From positions 46,438,001 through 46,502,000 of the forward strand of contig NC_042998.1 of the NCBI RefSeq assembly GCF_006345805.1: DNA of 64,000 nucleotides. Direction: 5' to 3'. Shown in pieces: positions 23,854 through 38,366 of the stretch (the stretch's first letter is position 1; every line of letters starts with the position of its first letter). The stretch comes from Octopus sinensis (Eukaryota). The notes below the pieces were generated by a model. That model made no database searches, was not told the DNA's origin, and saw only the letters and a program-made list of their open reading frames with translations. The position numbers and the translations under genes are program-made.

Positions 23854-25580
23854 CTGTATGATGTGCTTGCCTTCAGCGGCCCAAGCACTGTCGTCAAAAC
23901 AGGCTGAATTTCTAGTCAGCCGTACCAACCTTCAGCGCCCAAACAGCCGTGCCCAGTCGACTCATTCCACATTAACCGGTAAGCAATCACATGTACCTTG
24001 AGAGGTTTCAGTGGTTACAATACCACGCTACTTCAAACGATATGAAACATGCACAGATCATAATGATAAGACGATAACACTGAATAATTTTCTGTAGCGC
24101 AGTACTTGATGCTCTAGTAACTATATATAGTTTTTGAAGCATGAGTGAGTTGCTGTAAACTTTATTTAAATTTTCTGTATGTAATTCGTAAAGGATAAAT
24201 TCTTTACAACAAAGTATATAATTGATTGCAATTATAACTTGACGTATATAAAAGATAAAGCAAACAAGTAACAATACCATACAAAGAAACACCATGACCC
24301 AAGGAGCGGGTCGTATGCTGGAACATGAGGAACATGGATTAAAAGTTCGTACACTGTTGAATGTAGTGATTTATTGTTTATTGTTTTTTTTTGCGGAGTG
24401 TATTAGGTACCGTGGAGGCGCGTGGCTTAGTGGTTAGAGTGTTGGACTCATGATTGTAAGGTTGTGGTTTCGATTTCTGGAGCGGGCTACGCGTTGTTCT
24501 TGAGCAAAACACTTCATTCCATGTTACTTCAGTACGCTCAGCTGGCAAAAATGAGTAATCCTGCGACAGAGCGGTGTCCCGTCCAGGTGAGGAACTTATA
24601 CGCCATGGGAACCGGGAAACCGGCCCTTATGAGTCTGTATGACTCAGGAACGAACTTTACTTTACTATGGTGTATCAGGTAGGGATAGCACTTTTGATAA
24701 GGGAACACGTCGCACTATTAGGGGTGGCACCCACACTCACCAGTGGATCTAAGTAGCAGTTTGTATGCAGCGGTGGCCACGCACCGGCTAACCATCTCAA
24801 CAGGCAAGCTAAACCATATGAGGGTAGCTTACGGGTTTTCTTTTTTTTCTTTTATTTGTTTCAGTCATTTGACTGCGGTCATGCTGGAGCACCGCCTTAA
24901 GTCGAGCAAATCGACCCCAGAACTCATTCTTTATAAGCCTAGTACTTATTCTATCGTTCTCTTTTGCCGAACAGCTAAGTTACGGGGCCGTGAACACACC
25001 AACATCGGTTGTCAAGCGATGTTGGTGGGGGGTGGGGGGGCAAACACAGACACACAAACATACACACACACGCATATATACATACGACGGGCTTCTTTCA
25101 GTTTCCGTCTACCAAATCCACTCACAAGGCTTTGGTCGGCTCGAGGCTATAGTTGAAGACACTTGCCCTAGGTGCCACGCAGTGGGATTGAACCCGGAAC
25201 CATGTGTTTGTAACTTTTGGTAAGTTAGGGCTTGCTTACTTGTGCATGTGACGATTGGATCTGGCGGACACTGCGGAAGAAACCTCCGTGTGTCAGCAGA
25301 GGGGAAGGCTGCTGCGACAACGAATTGTAGAGTGCAGACAGCAAGATGAGGAACGCAAGACACCCATCTCTATCCCGAGTCGTCTTGACCTGGTCTTGCC
25401 ACTGGATTGATGGTGGTCACGGACTAGAAAGCGAAGTTGATGGTGCCCATCTCTTTCTCACTCTAAACAGAGTCACCGCGCAAATCATCAGTCAGTTCCA
25501 GGTTGATCAGATGGTCATCGTTGCCCCGTCGGAGGAACATGCGTATTGTAGACACATAACTCTACATGCCATGTGTATGC

Positions 25581-25674
<94 letters not shown>

Positions 25675-28060
25675 ACGGTTACAAAAGTTATTTCCTTGCA
25701 GACTTACTAATACCCTTTCCAAAAGAGGTTTTATTACCGAAGTGCCGGATCTGTGAGTTTTATTTCGTGAAGAGATTAAAATAGAATAAAATGAAAATAA
25801 AAACAAAATAGCAATCACTGGCTGCCCAAATGACCAATTTTTGTAGGAATATATCATAGTGTCTTGAAGCTAGAGTTTAACTAAAATAAAACGAAGAAAA
25901 AGAAATGTTTTATAGCTTTGAAAACAAAAAGATTAAGAAAAAAAAAAAGAAGAGTAATATCAACAAAGTACATTAATGTTAACAACAACAACGGCTATAA
26001 TAACATTAAGAAAAATAAAAAAGAAGCTTAAAATGAAAGCAACAACAAGAACAAGAACAGCAACAACAACAATAACTAAAGTAACAAGCAACATAAAACA
26101 AAACACGCCCCAAAAAACCACTTACAAGAAAAATATCCAGAAAAAGGATCAGAAAAAGAAAAGAACAAAAAAGAATATCTTGAAAGAATTAAAACATGCT
26201 GGAATGGTAAAAGTCACGTAACATCTTAAAATCTTCAGATAAGTCGTAAAATATCAATTAGAAATGGTGTAAAATGAAACCGGAGCTGGTGGTTCGGTAG
26301 AAATGGTGAAACAGGCAAAAACAAAATGACAGGATTCTAAACAACGGAATGAAAAGAGATAAGGGAGACAAATCTGGGCCAAGAATACCTCTGCCGGGAT
26401 GAAGTAAATGTCATGGAAAGTCCTTAGAGAAACTGGAATTAGTAAAATGTTGCGTAAATGTCGCAGTACAAACGATTTTTAATTGAGCTTTTGTGCAATG
26501 ATAGGGTTTGGTAGTGGCTGTAAGAATAATAGCAGTTGAGGTGGTAGCGATAGTGGTGATCGGCGTTGTTATTGTTGTTGTTGTTGCTTATTCCTAGACC
26601 AGCAAATATCGAACAAAAAAACAAAAAACATTCAACCTAGACATTGTAGTTTTTTCACAATAAATTGTGGACCCGCGGTCGGGTTTTGAATTGCTTGGCG
26701 GGATTTGAATTGCTTGGCGCAGTTTGAAACTAGAATGCAGAGAGCCGGAACGCCTAGCGTAGGGTATCCGTCATTTACTCCAACACTTCCACGAATTCAT
26801 TGCCCATATATATATATATATATATATTTTCATACACACACGCACACACACACATATACATACATATACCTATACACACACACATATATATGTATATATA
26901 TCTGTGTCTGTGTGTGTGTCTTTGTGTCTGTGTTTGTCCCCCCCACCGCTTATGCTTCCAGTGTTGGTTTGCATATGTTTCCGCAACTTAGCGGTTCGGT
27001 TAAAGAGCCCCATAGAACAAGGACCAAGCTTAAAAAATATTTCTGAGGTCGATTCATTCGACTACAAGTTCTTCAAGGTGATGCCCCAGTATGGCCGCAG
27101 TCTAACGACGGAAACAGATAAATGATAAAAGAAAATACACACACTGGATTTATTTCATTCACTTTTTCATCAGTCTATTGACTGATGAAACCAATTAATT
27201 AATCGATTGTTTGCTTAATTATTCGGTCAATCAATCAGTCCACTGGCAAGTCCTTTCGTCGGCATTCACGCCCTCATGAATGACGCACCTTCTCTATTCC
27301 AGGTCTGCTTCTGGTTGTCGCAAATATCTACAAAATGACTTTCACAAACCCAGGTGATTGATTTATTGACCAGACAATTAATCCAGCTAGCGATTTGTTA
27401 ATTGCTTAAATGGTAATAAATTGACTGATAAAAGAAGTGAAATATAGTCTGTGCGTATGCTTATTATTGGTATAATGATCCTCCCGAATAATAACAAAAT
27501 CTGTTTCAACACTCGAGTTCACATCAAGAATCTTGCAAACCAAGTACAAAAATGATATATACTTACTACATTATCTTATTAAGTCAGTAAGTGAGATTGA
27601 AAGGGGATTTAGTTGTTATTTTTAGTAGGTCAAGCGACTACATACATACTTCCTCATTAGTCCGTGTTTTTGATATGTTGGTTGTATTAGTGGTTATAAA
27701 TGAATTGAAAAGGAAGAAAAAATATATTTAGAAATCGTTATACACACGAGATAAAAGCGGTGAGTTGGCAGAATCGCTTGCACGTAGAACAAAATGCTTT
27801 CTGGCATTTCTTCCGGCTCTTCACATCCTGAGTTCAAATCCCGCTGAGGTCAACTTTGCTTTTCGTATCTTCGTTGGATTTAGTGATAATGTCGCGAACG
27901 ACGTGGAAATGTTAACGATAATGATAAAATTGGTTCTGATATCACTATATTTGCACACACAAATATATATATATATATAGTTACTCATGAACAAAGAGAA
28001 AATACAACAACGCGAGGACGTGGAACAAGTATAGCTCAGGAAAGGAAAGAAAGAAGGAGG

Positions 28061-28095
28061 ATTTAACGTTTCGAGCGGAGCTCTTCGTCAGAAAC
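28061..28095 (-). ncRNA. Minimal hammerhead-like motif with extra A after core
   Basis: GUUU CUGACGA A GAGC-UCC-GCUC GAAA CG UU^ AAAU. Confidence 0.6.
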
Positions 28096-28185
28096 ATAGA
28101 AAAAGGAAAGGTCCAAAGAAATGAAGACGGAGAAAGAAAATCGCCAACGATACACACGCGGTCACATATTGGTGTGTGTGTATGT

Positions 28186-28239
<54 letters not shown>

Positions 28240-28786
28240 TGTACTGCATGTAAAAAGGTATTTTTTCATACTGTCACTATATTTATAACAAGATTTTTAA
28301 ATTAAAAATTCTTGATTATAAGAAAAAAATTTTTATTGTGCAGTTAAGACAGAGCTTTTCAGACATGTGTGTGTGTGTGTGTGTGTGTGTCTGAGTATTT
28401 GTTGGGAACATAAACATAGAGACGACTCCATGTTCGTTTAAAGGACGTCAGCAATAGACGTGGAATACCTTTCCGTGAACGCTGAAAGGTGGGAAGATGT
28501 TATAGGTGATCGCTCCAACTCGAGACTGCAAATAGACAAGTTTTAAAAAAGACGAGAGAAGAGCATGATGCTTACTAAGGAAGAGAAGCAAAATAGAGAG
28601 CAAAAACAACACCAGGACAAGACAGGCAGAGACAGTGCATTCAAACGCAGTCCTAGCAGCCGGGGCTGATAGTCACATGGAGTTTCTACAGACACAATAG
28701 AAACTGCTCTAAGAACAAGAAAGTAACAAGACTTTTGAAGAGCAGATCGAGTCTTGAGAGACTAAAGATTACCCCTGTTATATATT

Positions 28787-28818
<32 letters not shown>

Positions 28819-28979
28819 CATACATACATACAAACAAAAATGCCCTGTTTTGATGTTGAAGTTCCAATGAAGGAGCCTTGGATCTAGGTTAGGAACCGGC
28901 TCTTTCTCTATTGGCAAGAACTCTTGAAATACAACTGAACAATGACATACATACATACATACATACATACATACATACA

Positions 28980-29010
<31 letters not shown>

Positions 29011-29704
29011 GTATATGTATATGTATGTATATGTATATGTATGTATATGTAGTGGAGGCGTGTGGCTTAGTGGTTTGGGTGTCAGCATCATGATCGTAAG
29101 ATTGTGGTTTCGAATCATGGACCGGGCGACGCGTTGTGTTCTTGAGCAAAACACTTCATTTCATGTTGCTCCAGTCCACTCTGTTGGCAAAAATGAGTAA
29201 CGTTGCGATGGACTGGCGTCCCATCCAGCTGGGGAACACATACGCTATTGAATCCGGGAAACCGGGCCCATGAGCCTGGCTAGGCTTTAAAAGGGCGCAT
29301 TTATTATTTGTATATATGTATATGGACAGGTCTATGGACTAGAACAGTCACACTCGAATATACTTTATTTTACTTGTATAATGCATCTGCACACATCATA
29401 CTGAGAGGATTCGCAAGCAGACGTTCATAACTGGGAGTGTCTCTAAATTATTTATTCCCATTACATTTTGATCGAGGGTAGATGAAAGCAATTTTTTCAA
29501 AATTAATTTTCATAAATATAACAGAAGATGCATAGATTTATTTCTGTTTCATGTTCCATTTTCGCACACCCGTCAGAGAGTACACAGACAATTGAAGATC
29601 CAAAATTGTGCTACAAATCTTTAAGTACTTTTTGTTTAGAGGCAATTTTGACTCCCTAGAGTTCTAGCGACTAGAATAGCTATTAGAGCTTCTTTAAAGA
29701 TCTA

Positions 29705-30090
29705 ATCTCTCTATATATAAAGCTGAAGTTGTCTGTGTATGGCAGGTTTGGTAGCCTTCAACTAACACTATCTCCTCCGAGACACTGCGCGGCGCAAGTT
29801 TACCAAAATTAAGATTATGATAGAAGAAGGCTTGCTCTTCCTTCCGTAGAAGAAAAAGTTCAAATCGGACCATGTTAACACCAAAATTTATTTACATCAA
29901 AAAGGTGCTTTTTTTCTATGAAAATCCCTATTTTTTACGATGTTTTTGATTGCTGTGTCGACATTTTTCGGTGTATTTCAATCAGAAAAATGTGAATAAC
30001 AAGCTACATAATGCAAAATTTTTACTTTTCAAAAATTCCAATTCTAAAGGGTCGAAACAAACCCGAGCAACGCCGGGCGATACTGCTAGC
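29705..30090 (-). mobile_element. Helitron-like non-autonomous element, same 5' end as 15828
   Basis: aaacccgagcaacgccgggcgatactgctag is the reverse complement of the 15828 start. Confidence 0.6.
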
Positions 30091-30664
30091 TTTGTATAAA
30101 ACCATGCGCTCCCGGAACTTCAAGGCCACATAACTAGTTTCGTTCCCGGAACTTCAAAGCCACATTGCACATATAATCAATTCCTGTTCATCCCGCATTA
30201 AATCACCATATCTGTTTGTGGCTACATATTTCGGACAGAATGTCTGAAACGTAATGAAGTTTAGGACCTCGCCCAAATAAATCGGGCAGTAACCGGTGGC
30301 GGGGTGAGAAATCTTTAACTCATGACTTGGAAGGTCAATACAAACAAGCAACCACCCACTCGTCATCGCGATCGCATATCAAATCTCCATCATCGTTGAT
30401 GTACAGTAATTAAGTTATTCAGTCATTAACTCGTATCATACGCACACACACACATACTCCCCACACACATGCATGCATGCATACATACAAACATATATAT
30501 ACACGCACATAGAGACATACATTCATACATACGTACCCGTACGTACATATATATATATATATACACACATACAGCCTACATCCATATTACACATGCACAT
30601 ATATACATTTATACATACATACATACATACATACATACATACATACATACATACACATACATAC

Positions 30665-30699
<35 letters not shown>

Positions 30700-30958
30700 A
30701 TACATGCATACATACACATACATCTGTACGCATGTATATAAAAACATACAAGAAAGCATATTCATACATACAAACATTATTGGACATGCATACGTACATT
30801 ACATACATACACACACATGCATGCATAAATACATACGTACATACATACCTACATTGATATATATACATACATGCATACATATGTACAAACTTACATAAAT
30901 ACATAAAATACATTCATACTTATATGTAGATACGTACATATGCATGCATAAAAACATT

Positions 30959-30990
<32 letters not shown>

Positions 30991-31764
30991 ACATACTTAA
31001 ATTCATACCTATGCACACACACTCACACACATATGCATATACAAATTCATACATATGCATACACAACACACAAGTCTTGGCATACTTGAATGACGTAAAC
31101 TAAAAAACAACAATAAAATTTCAAGTGTTTTAAGTTTTTCTTTAATCACTTTACATAACCTTTAATGATATATCTTCCCAAATTTCCCATTTTCTTTACT
31201 CTTATTTTTTTCTCTCCTCTCACCGTTTCCTCTGAGTATTAATAACCTAATACTTACCAGGATCTTCAAACCAAAATACCGTCATGCTACACTTAAAAAG
31301 TTAAACTCTACTTCTACAGATTATTCCTTTCAACCTCGAGCCCCCACTCATTCTCCAAATGATAACCTTACCTGACTCAACGCCCTTAGACTATTATGTG
31401 AGTCACAAGACGCTTACAATGCTTTTACGTGTCACCCCATTGCCAACCCTCATCTGTTTGGAATCTAATTTCTGCTACTGATGTTTCTGCATCTGTTATT
31501 GTTGCCATTAGTTTGTTGATTCTTTTGTTCTTACTGTTTGCTTCATTGTTTCGTTTTTATTATTATTATTTATTTTTAAAATTGTCTTCTTTTCTTCTTA
31601 CGACGTGCAAAAGTCTAAAATTGCAGCTGGTGAGATACAAAAATTTGGACGTGGAGATTAAAAAACTTTACGGTTTAAAGTTTGGCTGTGTAGTTTTGTT
31701 TCTTTAAACGTCACAGAGTTCCATGAGGCTTATTGCATCACATTTTTGGCAATGCAAACAGTAA

Positions 31765-31818
31765 TGGATGATGATGATGATGATGAAGAAGAAGATGAGG
31801 ATGTTGTTGTTGTGATAA

Positions 31819-31851
<33 letters not shown>

Positions 31852-32150
31852 CGATGATGATGATAATGATGAAAATAATAATAATGATGATGATAATGAT
31901 GATGATAATGATGATGATGACAATGACGATGATGATGATGTTGACGATGATGAAAATTATGAAGATGACGTTGTTGTTGATGATAATGAAGATGATGATG
32001 ATGATGAGGAGGAGGATGAGGATGAGGATGATGACGATGATGACGATGATGACGATAATGATGAAAATAATAATGATGATGATGATAATGATGATGACAA
32101 CGACGATGATGATGATGCTGACGATGATGAAAATTATGAAGATGACGACT
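31765..32150. repeat. Degenerate (GAT)n trinucleotide array with ~140-bp higher-order duplication
   Basis: gatgatgaaaattatgaagatgacg recurs at about 31945 and 32123. Confidence 0.9.
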
Positions 32151-32737
32151 GCAGTATCTTGCCTATCAACGGTATATACACATTAAGTAAGATACACAAA
32201 TATCTGTTTTAATTTAATACTACTTCAATTGCGTACACCGGATTTTTATTCAGCCCCACAGCTATTCGCAGTATCAGCGAATGCACTATTCACTGTTTTT
32301 TATATATTGGAAGCGACAAATTTCGTTTAAGCATGAGGCTGTTTTCGTTAGCCGCTATTAGGATGAGTTTTCGAGATATAGTGTGTGTGTATTTTTCAAT
32401 ATATATATATATATATATAATTAAGGGATGAAACCTCCATAAAGTAATTCAATTAATACTTAAAGATACTATATAAATTTAAATATATCATTATTACCAT
32501 TTTACTAAAAATTTTTATACTAAATAATATACATTAAAAAGATACGCATTAGAACTACGACACGCGTTTTGCCGTGACAATGTATACGAATCTGCAATAT
32601 CAAAATATGTGTGTGTGTGTATATATATATATAATATATAACGGGAAGCTTTATGAAAATAAACAAAAGACGAAGGCTGGTGGAATACAAACAAACAATT
32701 GTATTAGTATGGCGCTCAGGAATATAAATAAAACAAG

Positions 32738-32775
32738 TCTTTTACGTTTCGAGCCTACGCTCTTCAACAGAAAGA
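32738..32775 (-). ncRNA. Minimal hammerhead-like motif (A6U, extra A)
   Basis: UCUUU CUGUUGA A GAGC-GUAG-GCUC GAAA CG UA^ AAAGA; same architecture as 28061. Confidence 0.5.
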
Positions 32776-34005
32776 TACACAGAAAAGAAACACGGAAAGA
32801 AACAAGGAGAAAAAAAATGCGCGCAGAAGCTAGCGAATCAACATGGCGATCTCTCTCTCTCTATATATATATATATATACATACACATATGTTTGTGTGT
32901 TTGTGTTTGTCCCCCACCACTGCTCGACAAACGGTTGTTGGTGTGTTTACAACCCCGTAAAATAACAGTTCGGCGAAACAGACCGATAGAATAAGAACAG
33001 GGCTTTAAAAAACAAGTCCTGGGGTCAATTTGTTCGACTAAAATAACTTCAAGGCAGTTCCCCAGCATGGCTGCAGTGAAAAAAAAACAACAAAAAAAGC
33101 AATTAAAAGATAAAAGACTGCTTGATTTTGATGATCACAAAGTTTCATTTGTTATTACTGTTTTCAGGATATGATACATCATCATCATCATCATCATCGT
33201 CGTCGTCTAACGTCCGCTTTCCATGCTAGCATGGGTTGGACGATATGACTGAGGTCTGGCGAACCAGATGGCTGCACAAGACTCCAATCTGATCTGGCTA
33301 AGTTTCTACAGCTGGATGCCCTTCCTAACGCCAACCACTCTGAGAGTGTAGTGGGTGCTTTTACGTGCCACCGGTACGAGGGCCAGTCAGGCGGTACTGG
33401 CAATGACCATGCACAGGAGCCAGTCCAGCGGCACTGGTAACGATCTCTCTCGAATACATTCGTATAAAATGTTTAATATCATTTGACTTTGAAATCCATG
33501 TTTTAATCCATGTTTTCATGTAAGATTAAACTATTGGCGAAGTCCGTCACAATCACTGAACAAAAGCATATACGAAAACAAATCAATGATCAATATGTTC
33601 TGTCTGTGCTAACGTTAAGCCCACATAAACATGCATAAATAAACGTCTTAGAAAACGTGATGTATGGATCATGTTTGCCTTGAGCTCATAGCTTAAACGG
33701 CGCAGCGATTCGTCCCTTGATCAAACCTGTCAGCCTGGTTTCATTCGCTTTCCATTATCCATTTTTTGTTTCTCTTCCTTCACCTTTTCTTTCTTACGCA
33801 CTCCTCACGCGCTCATTGATGAACACCTTTATTCCTACTACATCGTTTAGGGTCAAACAAGCTAACACGCGTGTCCGTTTGTCTTTCTGCTCGTATGTGT
33901 GTGTGTGTGTGTGTGTTTGTGTGTGTCTATGCATAAATATATACATATATCTATATACATATGTATATATACATATGTATATATACATATGTATATATAT
34001 ATATG

Positions 34006-34076
<71 letters not shown>

Positions 34077-34082
34077 TATGTA

Positions 34083-34122
<40 letters not shown>

Positions 34123-34253
34123 CATACATATATATAAATGTATGTATATATATATGTGTGAATGTATTTATATATATATGTATATATATATATACATGTA
34201 CATACATGTATATATATATACATACACCCATATATATATACATACATAGACCC

Positions 34254-34284
<31 letters not shown>

Positions 34285-34558
34285 AATGAGGGTGAAAAAT
34301 TGATATTAATTTAATAATACCATTAATTTAACACCAAGTGGCTTAGCACGTAAAACTAGGGAGATAATACAAATTTATACATAAATTATTAGAATAGTGG
34401 TAACTCTAATAATTTACGTATATATATATATACATAAATACATACACACACATATAGTGTATGCGCATTGACGTACGTATGCATGCATGATATTCTGTTT
34501 GTCTATGTCTTACAGCATGTGTGTATCCGGAAGTATATGGAAGAATGCGTACGTGTGT

Positions 34559-34606
<48 letters not shown>

Positions 34607-34879
34607 GCACACTTGTACGCACATATATACATGCACATATGTACGCATTCAAGCATATCTGTCTGTATGTAAATATGTATGAATTCTTGTATGTATGTAT
34701 GTATGTATGTATGTATGTATGTATGTATGTATGTATGCATGAATGTATGTATGTATGTATGTATGTATGTATGTATGTATGTATGTATGTATGTATGTAT
34801 GTATGCCCTCTTAGATATCAAGTATTGCAGATCTAGATTTACCCTATTGCTTCCATCATCAGCAGCACTACCATTCGCC

Positions 34880-34980
34880 ACTGCCTTCAATACCAGCACC
34901 ACCACCAGCACCACCAGCACCACCAGCACCAGCACCAGCACCACCACCAGCACCACCACCAGCACCACCAGCACCAGCAC

Positions 34981-35020
<40 letters not shown>

Positions 35021-35075
35021 ACCACCACCACTTCTTACAACGACGACGACGACAATAACGACGGCGACGGCGGCG
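34880..35075. repeat. Compound (CCA/GCA)n-(GCC)n-(GAC)n trinucleotide repeat
   Basis: Direct inspection. Confidence 0.9.
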
Positions 35076-35505
35076 ACCCAAATCTCCGTCATTTATAACA
35101 AGAGTATAATCTTTCTTTTTCTCTTCTTTTTCCCTCACTTTATCCATTTTGTGGTTGTTTTTTACTTCTGATTTCATTTCTAAGCAAGTGAACCACCCGT
35201 ATACTACAACTTACACAATACCCAACCACCGGATGTATTATGATTACTTTTTACACCACCTACCTCACCTTTCACCTCTTCTCCTCCATTCACTTCTGTC
35301 ACTTCTCTCCTCCCACCGCTCACTACACCGCCTCTCTCTCCTCTCTCCCCTCCTCACGTTTCTTACCTGTCCTACCAATCTTACCTGTCTGTCGTTATTA
35401 TTGACACTAAGTGAGCGACGTTTCTACTAACACATTACGTTTTACTTCAAATTCATACCCACACTTCTCTCTCTCATTCTCTGTCTCTGTCTCTGTCTCT
35501 GTCTG

Positions 35506-35539
<34 letters not shown>

Positions 35540-35540
35540 C

Positions 35541-35592
<52 letters not shown>

Positions 35593-35599
35593 ATGTACA

Positions 35600-36834
35600 C
35601 AGGGGTTGGACAAAATAATGGAAACACCTTAAAATTTCAAACAAAATTTATTTTAATATGGGGTAGGACTGCCTTTGGCAGTAATTACAGCTTGAATTCT
35701 ACGAGGTATGGACTAGTACAAAGTTTGAATTGTTTTCAAGGGAAGTTTTGGCTATTCTTCAACTAAAACAGTCTCCAGTTCTTGTAGTGATGATGGTGGA
35801 GGATATCGACTCCTTCTTTTTCTAAAATGTAACATAAATGTTCAATAATATTGAGATCTGGGGACTGCGGTGGCTAGATAAGATGTTCAATTTTACTAGA
35901 ATGTTCCTCGTGCCATTCAGTAACAACTTTAGCTGTGTGAATTGGTACATTATCATCCTGAAAGATTGTGTTTTCCTCCGGAAACAGTTCCGCAACCATG
36001 GGATGAATGCTTAAATAGTCATGAATATTTATTCTGCCATGAAAGGAAACCATTGGGTTAGTGGATTTCCAAGATATAGTGCTCCAGATCATCACAGATC
36101 CTCCATGTTTAACAAGTGAAAGAAGGCAGTCTGGGTCAAATGTTTCTTTTGGCTGTCTCTACACGTATACTCGGCCGGTGGTCGGAAACAAGGTAAACGA
36201 TGACTCGTCCGAGAAAATAACATTCTTCCACTGCTCTAGGGACCAATACTGTAGGTTTTTACTCCACTCTAAACGCTTTGCAACGTAGTGGTTTTCTGAT
36301 TGCAGCCCTCCCGTGAAATACGGCTTTGTGCAGCTCCCGGCGAACAGTTTTTGTGGAAACCGGATTCTCGAGGTGGTCATTAAGCTCTGCAGTAATTTCC
36401 GGAGCTGTATTTTTGTGATCTTTCTAACAATTCGCGTAAGTGTCCGACGGTCCCTATCTGAAAGTTTTGGTTTTCTTCCGGAGTTTTCTTTCGACGAGGA
36501 TGTTCTTCCCTCTTTCTCAAAGGCTGTCATAACTTTCGAGATAGTACTTCTTGATACATCAAACATGTCGGGTGTTTCGTTACGCTAGCACCTACCATAC
36601 AAGCATCAACAATTTGAGCTCTTTGAAAGTCCGATAGATCTGTTATTTTAATGAATTTTAATTACCTTTTTCTGATGACATCAGAAAAGAAACAACAATT
36701 TTAGCAAAACATATTAAGTAACACTAACAATAAATAAAAAAACATAAAAATAAAGAAGTTTTTGACGGTTTTATAGATATTTCAAAATTATGATGCTATG
36801 ATGCTAGGTGTTTCCATTATTTTGTCCATCCCGT

Positions 36835-36835
<1 letters not shown>
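35600..36835 (-). mobile_element. Decayed Tc1-like DNA transposon
   Basis: TIR core TGGACAAAATAATGGAAACACCT at both ends; frameshifted transposase with SGRKPKLSDRDRR, VIFSDES, IFQDDNVPIH and W..QSPDLNIIE. Confidence 0.92.
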
Positions 36836-36866
<31 letters not shown>

Positions 36867-36985
36867 ACACATATAATATATGTGCATATATAAATACATA
36901 CATGTACATGCCTACATATATATGTGCCGGCTACCGACACATGGCCTGTGTCCGTATACTGTGAGCAGCATAGACATATGTGTGT

Positions 36986-37034
<49 letters not shown>

Positions 37035-37035
37035 C

Positions 37036-37068
<33 letters not shown>

Positions 37069-37739
37069 CGTCTTTGTGTTTTGTCACCACCACCGCTTGA
37101 CAACGGTGTAGGTTTGCTTGCGTCACATTAACTTAGCAGTTCGATAAAAAGATACCAATATCATAAGTGTCAGGCTCAGAGAAAAATTCGACTGAATTCT
37201 TCAAGGCAATGCCCCGGCATGGCCGCAGTCTAATCGGTGAAACAAGCAAAAGATAAGAGAAAGATAAAAGACAGTGTACTCTTAGATATCTTTTACCAAT
37301 TATTTGTTTCAGTCACAACTTTCATGGATGTAACTGACGGTTCATAGCTTGGAACACTTTAGATCATAAATTTGCTCAATCACAGTAGAACGTAAACGTC
37401 GCCCTTTTCAAGCCTAGCTAGGCTCAAGGGCCCGGTTTTCCGGTTTCTGTGGCGTATGTGTTCCTCGCAGCTGGATGGGACGCCAGTCCATAGCAGCGTC
37501 ACTCAAGAATCAGGAAGAGAGAGAGTGAAAGAAAGTTGTGGCGAAAGAGTACAACAGGGGTCACCACCATCCACTGCCGGAGCGTCGTGGAGCTTTTAGG
37601 TGTTTTCGCTCAATAAACACACACACAGCGCCCGGTCTGGGAATCGAAACCGTGATCTTCCGACCGCGAGTCCGCTGCCCTAACCACTGGGCCATTGCGC
37701 CTCCACCAATCACAGTATACCTGGGGTTAAACAGGAACG

Positions 37740-37777
37740 ATAGCAGCAGCAGCACAGCAACAACAACAACAACAACA

Positions 37778-37841
<64 letters not shown>

Positions 37842-37860
37842 TTGCTCCTGCTGCTGCTTG

Positions 37861-37906
<46 letters not shown>

Positions 37907-37942
37907 GCTACTGCTACTGCTACTACTACTACTACTACTACA
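37740..37942. repeat. Compound (CAA)n-(CTA)n-(CTG)n trinucleotide repeat
   Basis: Direct inspection. Confidence 0.9.
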
Positions 37943-38366
37943 GGTTCAGAGCCGGAACCCTTTTGATTCTAAGTCTGCTCAATCGGGATTGACCCGAAAT
38001 TAAATAACAACGACGGAACACGATGACGACCACAAGGTAAACCAATGAAACAGTCGTTTACAAAGGGGTCACCAAGCCTACCATTAATAACAGCAAAAAT
38101 GAATTTGAATAAGTATCGGTCACACGAAAGAATGTAGTCCAATGTCTGACAAATAAATAAATAAATAAATGAATGAATAATAGAAAACAGAAAACAAAAG
38201 TAAAAACCGGATGTCATGACTGGAATGCCTTCGATTATAGGATCTACTCAATCAGAAATGACGTGGAATAAAATAGCAACCACGTTAACTCTCACTACCT
38301 CAGTTCTCACTTTTGCAATGAACCTGCCGATGCCACCACCAATATGGTTCCCATAACCACCGCCGT

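Noticed and set aside
27167-27188. CUGAUGA on both strands
   Set aside because: Part of a local hairpin within the foldback; no stem II-GAAA-UH arrangement
34828-35170. Poly-Pro/Ala/Thr open frame after tattgcag
   Set aside because: Compound trinucleotide repeat; similar runs occur in non-coding context (7580, 37740); no donor or homology
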